Source of the DNA: an uncultured bacterium
GTDB lineage: Bacteria > Chloroflexota > UBA5177 > JANWHV01
Direction of reading: 5' to 3'
NCBI GenBank assembly: GCA_963827235.1
Contig: CAWHAE010000012.1
Span: 320,001-384,000, forward strand
DNA length: 64,000 nt
The notes under the pieces are model-generated. The model saw only the letters and a list, made by a program, of their open reading frames with translations. It searched no databases and was not told where the DNA came from. Positions within the stretch are counted from its first letter, which is position 1. Every line of letters starts with the position of its first letter. The position numbers were made by a program, and so were the translations under genes. Of the stretch, positions 37,113-47,300 are shown in pieces.

Positions 37113-38052
37113 GGACACGTACGATGCAAATACCGGCGCAGCACAGTCCGGCTATGCCGGCGTTGCCGTCGACCGGCCGGCGACGCCCGTGGCCGGTAGC
37201 GCGGACCGCGTATCCGCGACCTACGACTACAAGAGTGAGTCCAAGCCGACCTGGTGCCCGGGCTGCGGCGACTTCGGCGTGCTCAACGCCCTCTATGCGG
37301 CACTCCGCCAGGCCGGACGCAATCCCAGTGACATCGTGTCGGTGTCCGGTATCGGCTGCTCGAGCCGCCTGCCCTTCTTCGTCAATAGCTACGGCTTCCA
37401 CGGCGTGCACGGTCGGGCCTTGCCGATCGCCACGGGAGTGAAAGCGGCCCATCCTGAGCTCACGGTGCTGGTATTCGGCGGCGATGGCGACGCCTTTGCC
37501 ATTGGTGGCGATCACTTCATGCACGCCTGCCGGCGCAATGCCGACATCACCTACGTCGTGCTGGACAATGCCACGTATGGGCTGACCAAGGGACAGGCTT
37601 CGCCGACCAGCCGTACCGGCTATGTTACCAAGACGACGCCCTCCGGCGTCGCCGAGCAGCCCGTCAATCCCCTGGCCCTGGCCCTCGTCTGCGGCGCCAC
37701 CTACGTGGCTCAAGGCATCTCGGCTCGGCCGAAGCAGTTGACGGACCTGATCCTTCAGGGCGTCGAGCACGAGGGGTTCGCCTTCGTCGAGGCTCTCAGC
37801 CCGTGCCCGACCTTCAACAAGCTCGACACGCACGCCTTCTACAAGGACAACTCGGTCGACGTTCCGGCCGACCACAATCCATCGGACCTCGGCTCCGCGC
37901 TGCGTCTCGCCGGCTCGCCTGCGCAGATCTACACCGGCGTCATCTACCGGCGCGCGGGCCTGGCATTCGGCTCGAATGATGGGCATCAGCTCGGCGCGGC
38001 CACGCAGGACCGCGGCGAGATGCTGAACGGGCTGTTCAGACGGTTTAGCTGA
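37105..38052 (+). CDS. korB: 2-oxoacid:ferredoxin oxidoreductase beta subunit
   Basis: WCPGCGDFG, SGIGCSSR, HGRA, GGDGD..IG, DN..YGLTKGQ.SPT, SPCPTFN. Confidence 0.93.
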   Translation: MLKDTYDANTGAAQSGYAGVAVDRPATPVAGSADRVSATYDYKSESKPTWCPGCGDFGVLNALYAALRQAGRNPSDIVSVSGIGCSSRLPFFVNSYGFHGVHGRALPIATGVKAAHPELTVLVFGGDGDAFAIGGDHFMHACRRNADITYVVLDNATYGLTKGQASPTSRTGYVTKTTPSGVAEQPVNPLALALVCGATYVAQGISARPKQLTDLILQGVEHEGFAFVEALSPCPTFNKLDTHAFYKDNSVDVPADHNPSDLGSALRLAGSPAQIYTGVIYRRAGLAFGSNDGHQLGAATQDRGEMLNGLFRRFS

Positions 38053-38151
38053 GGTTGCCGCATCTGCTCGAGGGTCGGGCGCTCTCCGTCCGCTCCGAGG
38101 ACATGCGGCCCCCATGGTGCCGTTGAGCCTGCTGAACGAGCCGAGCAGGGC

Positions 38152-38253
38152 GGACCTGAGATCTGTGATCCAGCGCTTCGGTGCGCTGGTCCTGGTACCG
38201 CGGTCGTCTCTGCCGCCTCCGGACATACCCGGCATGGCTTCCATCGTCGCGAG
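38152..38253 (+). repeat. Dispersed repeat family A, copy 4
   Basis: ggacctgagatctgtgatccagcgcttcggt...gccgcctccggacatacccggcatggcttccatcgtcgcga. Confidence 0.8.
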
Positions 38254-38482
38254 ACGGCAAGCCGTTAGGTAGCAATGCCCCGGTTGGCCCGGCTGACCCA
38301 GAGCCACGACCGCGCCCGGTCGTGCCCTTATACTGAGATGATGCGGTACAGGCAGCCTGCGCCATGGCGCGCTGCCGCTCCGGCATTGGTCGTGCGTGCG
38401 CAGCGCCGGCCGGTGGGCAAGCATCTGTGCACATGCGCGTGCCCACCGGCACGCAGCTTTCCGCTACTCGTACGGGAGTTAC

Positions 38483-39970
38483 GTGGTGGCTATTCGCCTA
38501 CCATCGGGCAGTCGACGAGATCTGCTCGCGGCCCTGCGTGCGAACAAATGGGCGACGCTGGCCGTGGTTGGGATCGGCGTGTTCATGTCCACTCTCGACG
38601 CGTCGATCGTGAACATCAGCCTGCCCGCGATTGCCGGCTATTTCGGCGTTGCCATGACGGGTGCCATCGAATGGGTGGTCATCGCCTACCTCGTGGTGAT
38701 CGCGGCGCTCTTGCTCACCATAGGCAGGCTCTCAGACCTGGTTGGCCGCCAGATCCTTACCCTCGCTGGACTCGCGGTATTCACCGTCGGCTCCGTGCTC
38801 TGCGGAGTGGCGCCCAGCCTCTATCTACTCGTGGCATCGCGCGCGCTGCAGGGCTGCGGCGGTGCTATGCTCATGGCGGTCGGGCCGGCCATTCTGACCG
38901 GCGCTTTTCCGCGCGAGGAGCGAGGCCGGGCTCTGGGCCTCAACGCCCTGGTGGTTGCGCTCGGCACGAGCGCCGGGCCCACCTTGGGCGGCGTGATTAC
39001 GGAACATCTGACCTGGCGATGGATATTCTTCGTCAATGTTCCTCTCGGCATGATCGGCCTGGTAGGCACCGCCGTGATTCTGCAGGCGCCGGCACGCGGA
39101 CACGGCGTGCGCTTCGATCCGGCTGGCGCGGTCGGCCTGGCCCTGGCCCTCTCGCTGCTGACACTTGGTCTCTCCTTCGGGGAGGAGTGGGGCTGGACCT
39201 CGCCGGAGCTGGTGGCGGTCCTGGCAGGGGCCGTGGTCGCCGCCGTTGCCACCGTCTACGTCGAGGCGCGTGTTCGGGCTCCCATCGTCGACTTCGTGCT
39301 GCTGCGCAATCGGGTATTCGCCTCCGCCAATCTGAGTCTCGTGCTCAGTTTCCTGGCTCTCTTTGCCGTCTCGTTCCTCATGCCTTTCTACTACGAGCAG
39401 CTCCGGCACTACAGCGCGCAGGATGCCGGCCTGCTGCTGACTCCACTCCCGCTCACGCTCGCGGTCGTCGCGCCGTTCAGCGGCGCCCTCGCGGACCGCG
39501 TGGGCACACGCTGGCTCGCAGCCTGCGGGCTGGCAGTCGCCTGCGCGGGCCTCGTCGCGATTTCCGCTCTCGGCGCCTCCAGCTCTGCCTGGGAGACGTC
39601 GGCGAGCCTGATCCTCGTCGGACTCGGGCAGGCCCTGTTCCAGTCGCCGAACAACAGTGCATTGATGGGCGCCGCGCCCCGTGCCCAGCAGGGGCAGGCG
39701 GCGGGCTTTCTCGCCACGGGAAGGGTGGTCGGGCAGAGCATGAGTGTAGCCCTGGCCGGCGCGGTGATGGGTACGTTCGGCAGCACCAAGGCCGGCCAAG
39801 CGCTTGCCGGCGGACGCGGGTGGCATGCTCACGCGGCGCCGCTCGATCGCACGTTTCTCGCGGGTTTCCACGGGGCCTTGCTTGCCTGCGCCGGCGTGGC
39901 CGCGATCGGCATCCTCACCTCGCTCACGCGCGGCAACGAAGCGCAGCGCAGCTCGCCGCCGGCAGCGTAA
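38483..39970 (+). CDS. DHA2-family (EmrB/QacA) 14-TM MFS efflux transporter
   Basis: FMSTLDASIVNISLP, G.LSD..GR, RALQG.G, GP.LGG, WRWIFFVNVP.G; start set at the GTG after GGGAG. Confidence 0.9.
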   Translation: MVAIRLPSGSRRDLLAALRANKWATLAVVGIGVFMSTLDASIVNISLPAIAGYFGVAMTGAIEWVVIAYLVVIAALLLTIGRLSDLVGRQILTLAGLAVFTVGSVLCGVAPSLYLLVASRALQGCGGAMLMAVGPAILTGAFPREERGRALGLNALVVALGTSAGPTLGGVITEHLTWRWIFFVNVPLGMIGLVGTAVILQAPARGHGVRFDPAGAVGLALALSLLTLGLSFGEEWGWTSPELVAVLAGAVVAAVATVYVEARVRAPIVDFVLLRNRVFASANLSLVLSFLALFAVSFLMPFYYEQLRHYSAQDAGLLLTPLPLTLAVVAPFSGALADRVGTRWLAACGLAVACAGLVAISALGASSSAWETSASLILVGLGQALFQSPNNSALMGAAPRAQQGQAAGFLATGRVVGQSMSVALAGAVMGTFGSTKAGQALAGGRGWHAHAAPLDRTFLAGFHGALLACAGVAAIGILTSLTRGNEAQRSSPPAA

Positions 39971-40043
39971 TGCAGTCGCCTGCCCGCCCGGCCGGCCGGG
40001 CGGGTCCGGCGCGGCCGGCGCCGGACCCGGAGGCGTGCTCCGA

Positions 40044-41701
40044 TCAGACTCCCGCCGTCGACAGGCCGGGCGCCGCGGGCGCGGTCGGATCGGGGGGCAT
40101 GGCATGTGGTCGGCACGGCGGCCACGACCAGCTGGGGTTCGGCAGCCGCGGCCGTGTCCGCGTCGCCGGCCGCGGCCTCGATGTGATCGTTGCTCGACCC
40201 GTTGCCGTTATGCTGGTGGCTGATCAGGTCGTGCAGCTTCAGCCCCGTGGTGGACTCGAATACAGCGCCCAGCATTGGCACCATGCCCACCACGTCCTGC
40301 GTGATCCTGGACGTCACGCCCTCGCCTTCCGAGGACGCGATGTATGTCACGTTGCCCACGTGCCCATAAGCCTCGAACAGGTGGCCGGCGATCTCGGGCA
40401 AGCTGCTGAGCGCCTTGTCGAGGATGGCAGCCTGATTCTGCTCGTTCAGCGCTTCCACGCGCCTGCGCAGGGATTCCGCTTCCGCCAGGCCGCGAGCGCG
40501 AATGGCGTCGGCTTCCGCCATGCCCTTCAGGCGGAGAGCATCGGCTTCGGCCTCGCCGCGTGCCTTGATCGCCTGGGCGTCGGCTTCCGCCTGCAGGCGG
40601 ATCGCTCGCGCCTTGCCCTCTGCTTCGGACTCGAGCTGCAGCACGATCGCCTTCGCCTTGCCTTCCGCCTCCAGCACTGCCCGCTGCTGCTCGGCTTCTG
40701 CCAGGATCCGAATCCGTTGCCGCTCCGCCTCGGCCTGCCGCTGCACCGTCGCCAGCAACTCGGCCGCGCGCCTGACGGCTTCCGCTTCCTGAACCTTGGC
40801 GTCCTGCTGCTTCTGGACGATCTCGACCTTCGTCTTCTCTTCGACCAGCTTCTGTTGCGTGATGCTCGCCTGGATGTCGTACGCGCGGTCCGCCTGAGCC
40901 TTCTGCGCCGAGACGGAGCTCAGGTACTCTGCCTGCTTGATGTCGAGGTCCCGCTGTGCCTCCGCCTGCGCCGTCTTGGAGAGCGTCTCCGCCAGCACCC
41001 GCTCCTGGTCCGCTTTCGCCTTGGCCTGGGCGGACTCTCGCAGGGTTTCGGCAGAGCGGATGGCCACGTTCCGGGTCATTTCCGCTTCCGCGATCTCCGC
41101 CATCTGCTTGTTGCGGGCGATCTCCGGGCGGCTCATGTTCTGGATGTAGCCCGACTCGTCTGCCACGTCTTTCAGCGTGAAGCTGATCACCTCGAGCCCG
41201 AGCTTATCCAGGTCGCTGGCCACGGTCTCGCGCATGCGCGCGGAGACCATCTCCGGGTCCTTCACAAGCTGCTCCACCGTGAGCTGCCCGACGATGCCGC
41301 GCAGGTGACCCTCCATCACCTGGCGCACCATCAGTCTCCCGCTCGTCCTCGGTCTTGCTCAGGAATTGGTTCGCGGCCCGTTTGATCTTCTCTGCCTCGT
41401 TCTCCACTTTGAGCTGCGTGATCGCTTCCACTTTGACCGGCATGCCCTGCGTCGTGTAAAGGAGGAACGAAGGCGCCACGTCGAAGCTCATCAGCTCGAG
41501 GTTGAACTCCTGCGCCCGCTGAAACAGCGGCACGATCATCGCGCCGCCGCCTACCACGACCTTCGTTCCGCCCTTGCCGAAGACGATAAGCGCTCGGTTG
41601 GGCCCGACCTTCCGGTAGATGCTGCCCATCAGTGACAGGATCAGTAGCAATCCGGCTACCGCGGCGACTGCAATCACGATGCCTTCCGTTACGGGAGTCA
41701 T
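40044..41701 (-). pseudogene. Flotillin-like SPFH protein (FloT-like); frameshifted near 41332 and probably again near 40100
   Basis: The N-part (TM, YRKVGPN.ALIV.G..G..IVP.FQ) and C-part (MVRQVMEGHLRGIVGQLTVE..AEA repeats) are in different frames; one extra base in GAG ACT G ATG joins them. The as-is C-terminal frame overlaps the MFS gene, whereas a +1 shift gives a natural stop at 40044. Confidence 0.8.
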
Positions 41702-41815
41702 GTCCAGACCTCTCTCTTACCTCTTGCCGGCTTTGTCCTGCTACCGTGCCTCAGGCGACATCCTCCGGTACCGTTAGCTCATTCCAGAGGGGTGACGTGC
41801 ATCCGTTGCCTCCAG

Positions 41816-42598
41816 TCACGAATCGGGACGACTGCCTGCCGCCGTCTCGGCCTCGCCGGCAGCGCCGTCTGGCCATGTCAGGGCGCTGAGCGGATCCAAC
41901 GCGTTCACATAGGCGATACCCTGCTCACAGCGGACGATCACGACGTCGGCTCCCCGAGGTATTGACGATCCGTCTTCGCTGCGGGCAGGCAGGCTGCGAT
42001 GCAGACCTTCCAGGTCGTAGACGACCTCGCCGACCGCCCCCGGCTGAATCCTCGCGTTCAGCACGCCGACGGCACCGATCGCGGTCGCGCTCAGGGGTTC
42101 GCTGCTCGCACGGGCGAACGCCGTCAGCAGCGCGCGCACGATCCCGGCGCCGACCAGGCCCGCGATCACGGCAATGAGCACCGACAGGGCCGGCACCGCG
42201 AGCTCTGCCAACAGGCCGCCGGCCCCAAACCACATCGCCGCCGCGGCAAGTGAGAATGGGCTAAGCCAGGACAGGGACCATCCGGCCGCCGCCAGCAAGA
42301 CGGAACCCGCTGTCGGCGCCGCGCCCGGCAGTCCGTGTGCAGTGGTCGCCACGTCCGCGTGAGCGTGCGGGCCGGCGACCGGCGCGGTATGGGCGGGCGC
42401 GCCATGCGTGGCCAGGCCGGCATGCCCGCCGGGGAGGGCGAGGTGCCCCTGCGGAGCGGCGACGTGCGTGGCCGGGTGCGCCGCATGCACGTGACTCAAC
42501 CCGTGCCCGCCAACGTGTCCGGCCAGGCCCCCGAACAACGCGAGCAGCGCCGTCGTGCCCAGCCCGCCGACCAGACAGATCAGGAAGACAGCGTGCAT
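41816..42598 (-). CDS. NfeD-like (YuaF-type) membrane protein with a His-rich loop
   Basis: TM, His-rich loop, more TMs, then a C-terminal OB fold 'G.VGEV....G....PARS.DG..I.RG..VVIV....GIAYV'; lies upstream of flotillin. Confidence 0.8.
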   Translation of the reverse strand: MHAVFLICLVGGLGTTALLALFGGLAGHVGGHGLSHVHAAHPATHVAAPQGHLALPGGHAGLATHGAPAHTAPVAGPHAHADVATTAHGLPGAAPTAGSVLLAAAGWSLSWLSPFSLAAAAMWFGAGGLLAELAVPALSVLIAVIAGLVGAGIVRALLTAFARASSEPLSATAIGAVGVLNARIQPGAVGEVVYDLEGLHRSLPARSEDGSSIPRGADVVIVRCEQGIAYVNALDPLSALTWPDGAAGEAETAAGSRPDS

Positions 42599-42869
42599 GC
42601 CGGTACACCATTGCCGGTCGCTGCTCACGCCGGCAACCCGCTGACGCTTGATCGAAAGCAGTGAACCTGGCAGAGTCATGATAGTACACGACCCAGGCTG
42701 TGTCGAGAAGTGCCAGACGGTGTGCTGGCAGACTGCTTGCGGACGAACCGGCCTAAGCCGATCGAACGCTTGATCCGACCATTCGATTGATGTGGGCAAA
42801 TTGCTCTGTCCGCAGACTGAGCGTATGGGGACACACGCCTGGCAGCGCGAAACGAAAGGAAGCTACACC

Positions 42870-43172
42870 ATGCCGGGTACATCGAATCGAGGCTTTGCCT
42901 CCATGGATCCTGAGAAGCAGCGCAGCATAGCAAGTAAGGGTGGTAAAGCTGCCCACGAAGCCGGCACCGCGCACGAGTTCACTTCCGAGGAGGCCAGGAT
43001 CGCGGGCAGCAAGGGTGGCGAGGCGGTGAGCGAGGATCGCGCGCATATGGCGGCAATCGGCAGCCGTGGCGGCCAGAGCCACGGCCAGAGCGCTCGCATG
43101 AAGAACACGATGCTCAAGGAAGACATAAGCACGCGCGAGGAGAAAGCAGGCTCCGAGAGCTATCGCAAGTAG
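42870..43172 (+). CDS. KGG-repeat general stress protein (YciG/Con-10-like)
   Basis: RGFASMDPEKQR.IASKGGKA, AHEFTSEEAR.AG.KGG, R.HMA.IG.RGG. Confidence 0.88.
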   Translation: MPGTSNRGFASMDPEKQRSIASKGGKAAHEAGTAHEFTSEEARIAGSKGGEAVSEDRAHMAAIGSRGGQSHGQSARMKNTMLKEDISTREEKAGSESYRK

Positions 43173-43411
43173 CTGGGTCCCCTTTGGGGCGAACCCCGGC
43201 GCCATAGCAATGACCCCTCCCAGCAGCCCGCCGGGATCGTCGTCTCGCGACGGCAAGGTACCGGCGGGCTGTGCATTGCCTGACAGACCGCTTTTCGCGG
43301 CCGATGGGGCGAACACACGCCTTTGCCGCTCCGCCTTTTGCCTCGACTCGGGCATACTCCAAGTAGGAGTAGAAATAACTGCGTATTAACCCTCTAAGGA
43401 GCAACGATCAC

Positions 43412-44029
43412 ATGGCTTTTGAGCTACCTCCCCTGCCCTACGACTATGCCGCGCTGGAGCCCCACATCGACGAGCTGACGATGCGAATCCACCATGACAA
43501 GCACCACGGCACCTACGTGAACAACGCGAACGCCGCACTGGCGAACTACCCGAACCTCGCCGCGCTCAGTGTCGAGGACCTCTTGAAGAATCTGGAGCAG
43601 GTGCCCGCGGACATCCGCACCGCGGTGCGCAACAACGCGGGCGGTCATGCGAACCATTCCTTCTTCTGGCAGATCCTCTCGCCAAACGGCGGCGGCTCTC
43701 CCACGGGCGCTGTCGCTTCGGCGATCAACAAGACATTCGGCGGCTTCGAGCCGTTCAAGGAGCAGCTTACCAAGGCGGGCCTGGGGCGCTTCGGCAGCGG
43801 CTGGGCCTGGCTGACCGTCGACGCCGGCGGCACCCTGCGCATCGAATCGACGGCCAACCAGGATAGCCCGCTGTCCGAGGGACGCACGCCCATTGTTGGA
43901 GTGGACGTCTGGGAGCACGCGTACTACCTCAAATATCAGAACCAGCGCCAGAAGTACATCGAAGCCTGGTACAACACGGTCAACTGGCCTGAGGTCGCGC
44001 GCAGGTACGAAGCCGCCGGCGGCCGCTGA
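43412..44029 (+). CDS. sodA: Superoxide dismutase (Mn-type signature)
   Basis: [31 protein letters not shown]. Confidence 0.95.
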   Translation: MAFELPPLPYDYAALEPHIDELTMRIHHDKHHGTYVNNANAALANYPNLAALSVEDLLKNLEQVPADIRTAVRNNAGGHANHSFFWQILSPNGGGSPTGAVASAINKTFGGFEPFKEQLTKAGLGRFGSGWAWLTVDAGGTLRIESTANQDSPLSEGRTPIVGVDVWEHAYYLKYQNQRQKYIEAWYNTVNWPEVARRYEAAGGR

Positions 44030-44299
44030 GCCGGCTGCGACGAATGCCGCGCTGTGCGGTACGGGCAACCGGCTTCCCGGAGGCTCACCGCGCACTGACG
44101 AACATTCGATGATGCGCGTCCACCTACCTTTCACGTAACCTGGCAGACCCGTCGGCTCAACCCGTGCTTGTGACCGCTCGGGCATTGTGCCCGCCTCGTC
44201 TGCCGCCGTCACGATGCGAGCCAGGCGCTCGTGGTCCCTGTAGACCGGCGGCTCCCGCGTGGGCCCCCGAGGCGCCGCTAGCCTCGGCTCTTTCGGAGA

Positions 44300-44343
44300 G
44301 TGCAAAGGGCGGGCCACCCACATCGGGTGCCCGCCCTTTGCAC
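44300..44343. terminator. Long hairpin between convergent sodA and the S8 protease
   Basis: gtgcaaagggcggg-ccacccacatcgggtg-cccgccctttgcac. Confidence 0.7.
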
Positions 44344-44368
44344 GTCTCAGCCCAGGCCGCGTGGGCCG

Positions 44369-47300
44369 CTATTGCACGGCCAGGCTGATGCCGCTTACCT
44401 CCGAGCCGTCGGTGCCGCTGCGGTTGAACAGCGACTGCGTGGCGTAGAATTGGGCGTCGCTCGTGCCCTGTACGATGAGACTGCTGGCGCCGGACGGAAC
44501 GCCGAGACTGGACACGTCGAGACTGAGCCGCGCTCCGGCGGCGACGGTCACGCTGCGATGCGATTGGCGGTAGCCGCCGTAGATGGCGGTAATCGAGAGC
44601 ACTTCCGCCTGGGTGGTCGGGTTGTAGAGGTCGAGGTAGTCGGAGGCGCCGCTCGACGTGCTCCCGCCGGGGAAGACGATCTGCGATCCCGGGGAAGAAA
44701 CTCCCACGAGGTCGCTGCCGCCCACTACCGACTGCTTGAATCGCCCATAGTACGCCACCTTTTCCGCCACGACCGGCACGTCGCTGGTGATCTCGGCGCC
44801 CAGGTTCGCCGAATGATACGACGCCGTCAAGTCGATCACCGCGCGGCGTCCCGCCTTGACGCTCAGCTCCAGCGCGGTTCGTGTCTTGCCATGCTGGTCG
44901 ATCGGCGTTACCTCGATGCTCGCCGGCTTGCCGGTTGGGTTGTAGATCGAGATGTGTGCCTGGGCACTCGCGGGCAGATGGCCGGGATCGATGTACTGCG
45001 ACGTGCTGCCGGACTGCGCGCCGATCGTCGTCGTCACGCCCTGGCCCAGACTGCCGAAGAGCTGCACGCGCTCGGCCACTACCGGTACGTTGCTGGTGAG
45101 CGTGACGCTCAACGCCACGTTGGGCATCAGGTCGCTCAGCTGGACCGTTCTCCGCGATGAGCCAGGAATCGTGAACGTGCCGGTGCGCACGTCCCCGGCG
45201 TCGCTCACCATGTGCACGCGAATCCGTGCCAGCGCGGCGCCCGGATTGACGACCGTGAGGTATTCGGCAAAGCTTCCCACGGTATAGCCGTCGGCGAAGT
45301 ACCAGCTCGTGCCGGGGCTCTGCGTGCCGGTCGAGTACGATCCTGCCTCTCCGCTGCGCACGATTTGTCGCCCGCTGATAATCGTCTGGTCTGCTTGCAC
45401 GACGGCCGCGATGACCTGATTGTTCCCCACGAGCGGCTGCACGTTGATCGTCTTTCTGCTGTGTGCGGGGAGCAGGTAGCGCGACAGCGTCGTCCAGCCG
45501 CCGTCATTGATCAGTCGAAGCTGCACGTGCGCGTCGACGGAGCCTGGATTCACCAGGTCCATCTGATCTTGCACGCCCGTCGCCGCGGCGCCCTCGGGGA
45601 AATACTGGGCGGATGCAACTGTGGCCAGCAGCGGATCCGGCGTCGGGGCTGCTGCCGGTAGAGGCGGCTGCACCGTTACGGTCAACGGCACCATGCCCAC
45701 CAGGTCGTCGCGGTAGGTATAGATGTAGACTCGTGCGCGGTACGTACCCGGAGCCACCGTGGCCGGCACCGAGATCTGGCCATGGAAGGTGACGATGCCG
45801 CTGGGACGCGCGACCAGGAGATTCTGGTTGATCGATCCGTCTACGCGCCGCTGCGCGTCGAGCTTGATCCAGGGCTGCGGCGACAGAGCGTAGGCCTGCG
45901 TGCTCGATGCGACATACACCTGTCCGCTACGGGCGCTGTTGGGCAGCGTGACGCTGACGAAGTACTGCCCGATCGGCAGGTTGTCGCCCTGGATGATTGC
46001 CGTGTCGCCCGCGCTGGCCTTGCCACCCAGGCTGACCGTCGCTTGCCGGGCAAACGCGGCATACGAGCCATAGGCGGAATCGTCAAGCTCGATGTCCAGG
46101 GGCTGCGTGGTGTTCAAGCTCTGCGCCTGTGTGATCACCTCGCGCGTGCCCGGCGGCACGAAGCTGGTCGTGTACGTGAGCACGGTGGTAGCGCCGACTC
46201 CGACCGAGGGGCCGGCCTGAAGCGACCCACCGTTGCCGCCAAGCGCGAGATAAGTGTACTGGTCGCTGGTGGCATAGCTGTAGTAGGCATCGGTGGTGAT
46301 ACCGGTGTTGCGTACCGCTATGCTGAACTTGGCCGGGCTGGCACCTGCCTTCACGGTGAGCGAGCTCGTGCTGGCTTGAAGCTGGGGCTGGCCCAGGACG
46401 ACCGCGCCTTTGAACGGCTCGCTCGTGTAGCTGCCCGCATAGATCAGGCTCATGAAGACGATGCGCCACGTGCCGGGCGCGGGATTGGTGAGATAGGCAT
46501 CCACTACCGGGTGCGTCAGGTCCAGAGATCCGTCGGGGTTGACAAACGCGTTGTCCACGACGTTGTTGATCTTGCCCGTGGGATCGATCAAGCCAAGCAG
46601 GAACAGGTTTCCCTGGTGTGACCACTCGATCGCCACCTGGGCGCTGTGTACGCCCGACGGCACCTTGAAGTCATAGAACCTGGTCTCTCGGGCGAAGCCC
46701 TGACTGCCGATACCTCCCACGAACGAGCCCGAGAAGAGGCCCAGGCCTTGCTGCACCGGTATGTCCGACGTCACGATCGCGGGGATGGTCTCAACCGTGT
46801 CGGTAGGCGTGATCGCGGTCGTCGAAGCGACCGGCGTGCTGGATTTCGGCAGGAGCGCGTGCTCGCGCACGTGCACGGTGATCTCCGAGACACCGGGGCC
46901 GCCCAGTGTTCCTGTCCTGTACTGGATTCTCTTGACCTCGCCCGGCTTCAGCGTGAAGCTCGCCGGGCTGACCATCGTGCTGCTCGGCGCGAAGTCGAGC
47001 AGGCTGATGTGCCCGACAAACGGCACGGTCACGTAGTGGCGGACCTGGTTCACTCCGCGCCGCGGCGCCTCGCTTACCACGGCGGTCCACGTGCCGGCAA
47101 TCGGATGGCCGCCCGTGGTGCTGGCGTATCCGGAAGCCGACACGGCAGGAGACGACGGATCGGAGACGAACGACTGCTCGGCGTTCACCAGGTTGCCCTG
47201 CGGGTCGTAAAGCGCGACCTGCAGAATGACGTTCTGGGCAGACTCGCCGGGGATTGGCACCGTCTGCTGGCTCGCGAAGTTGGCGGAGGCCTTCAGCTCG

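Noticed and set aside
32245-41340. Programmed ribosomal frameshifting at about 32250 and 41332
   Set aside because: No slippery heptamer. Each is fixed by removing a single base, which fits a sequencing indel or point inactivation better.
38275-41385. 1036-aa plus-strand ORF and other long overlapping ORFs (e.g. 18457..20457, 49645..51711, 7721..9316)
   Set aside because: Arg/Gly/Ala-rich shadow frames typical of high-GC DNA, overlapping well-supported genes.
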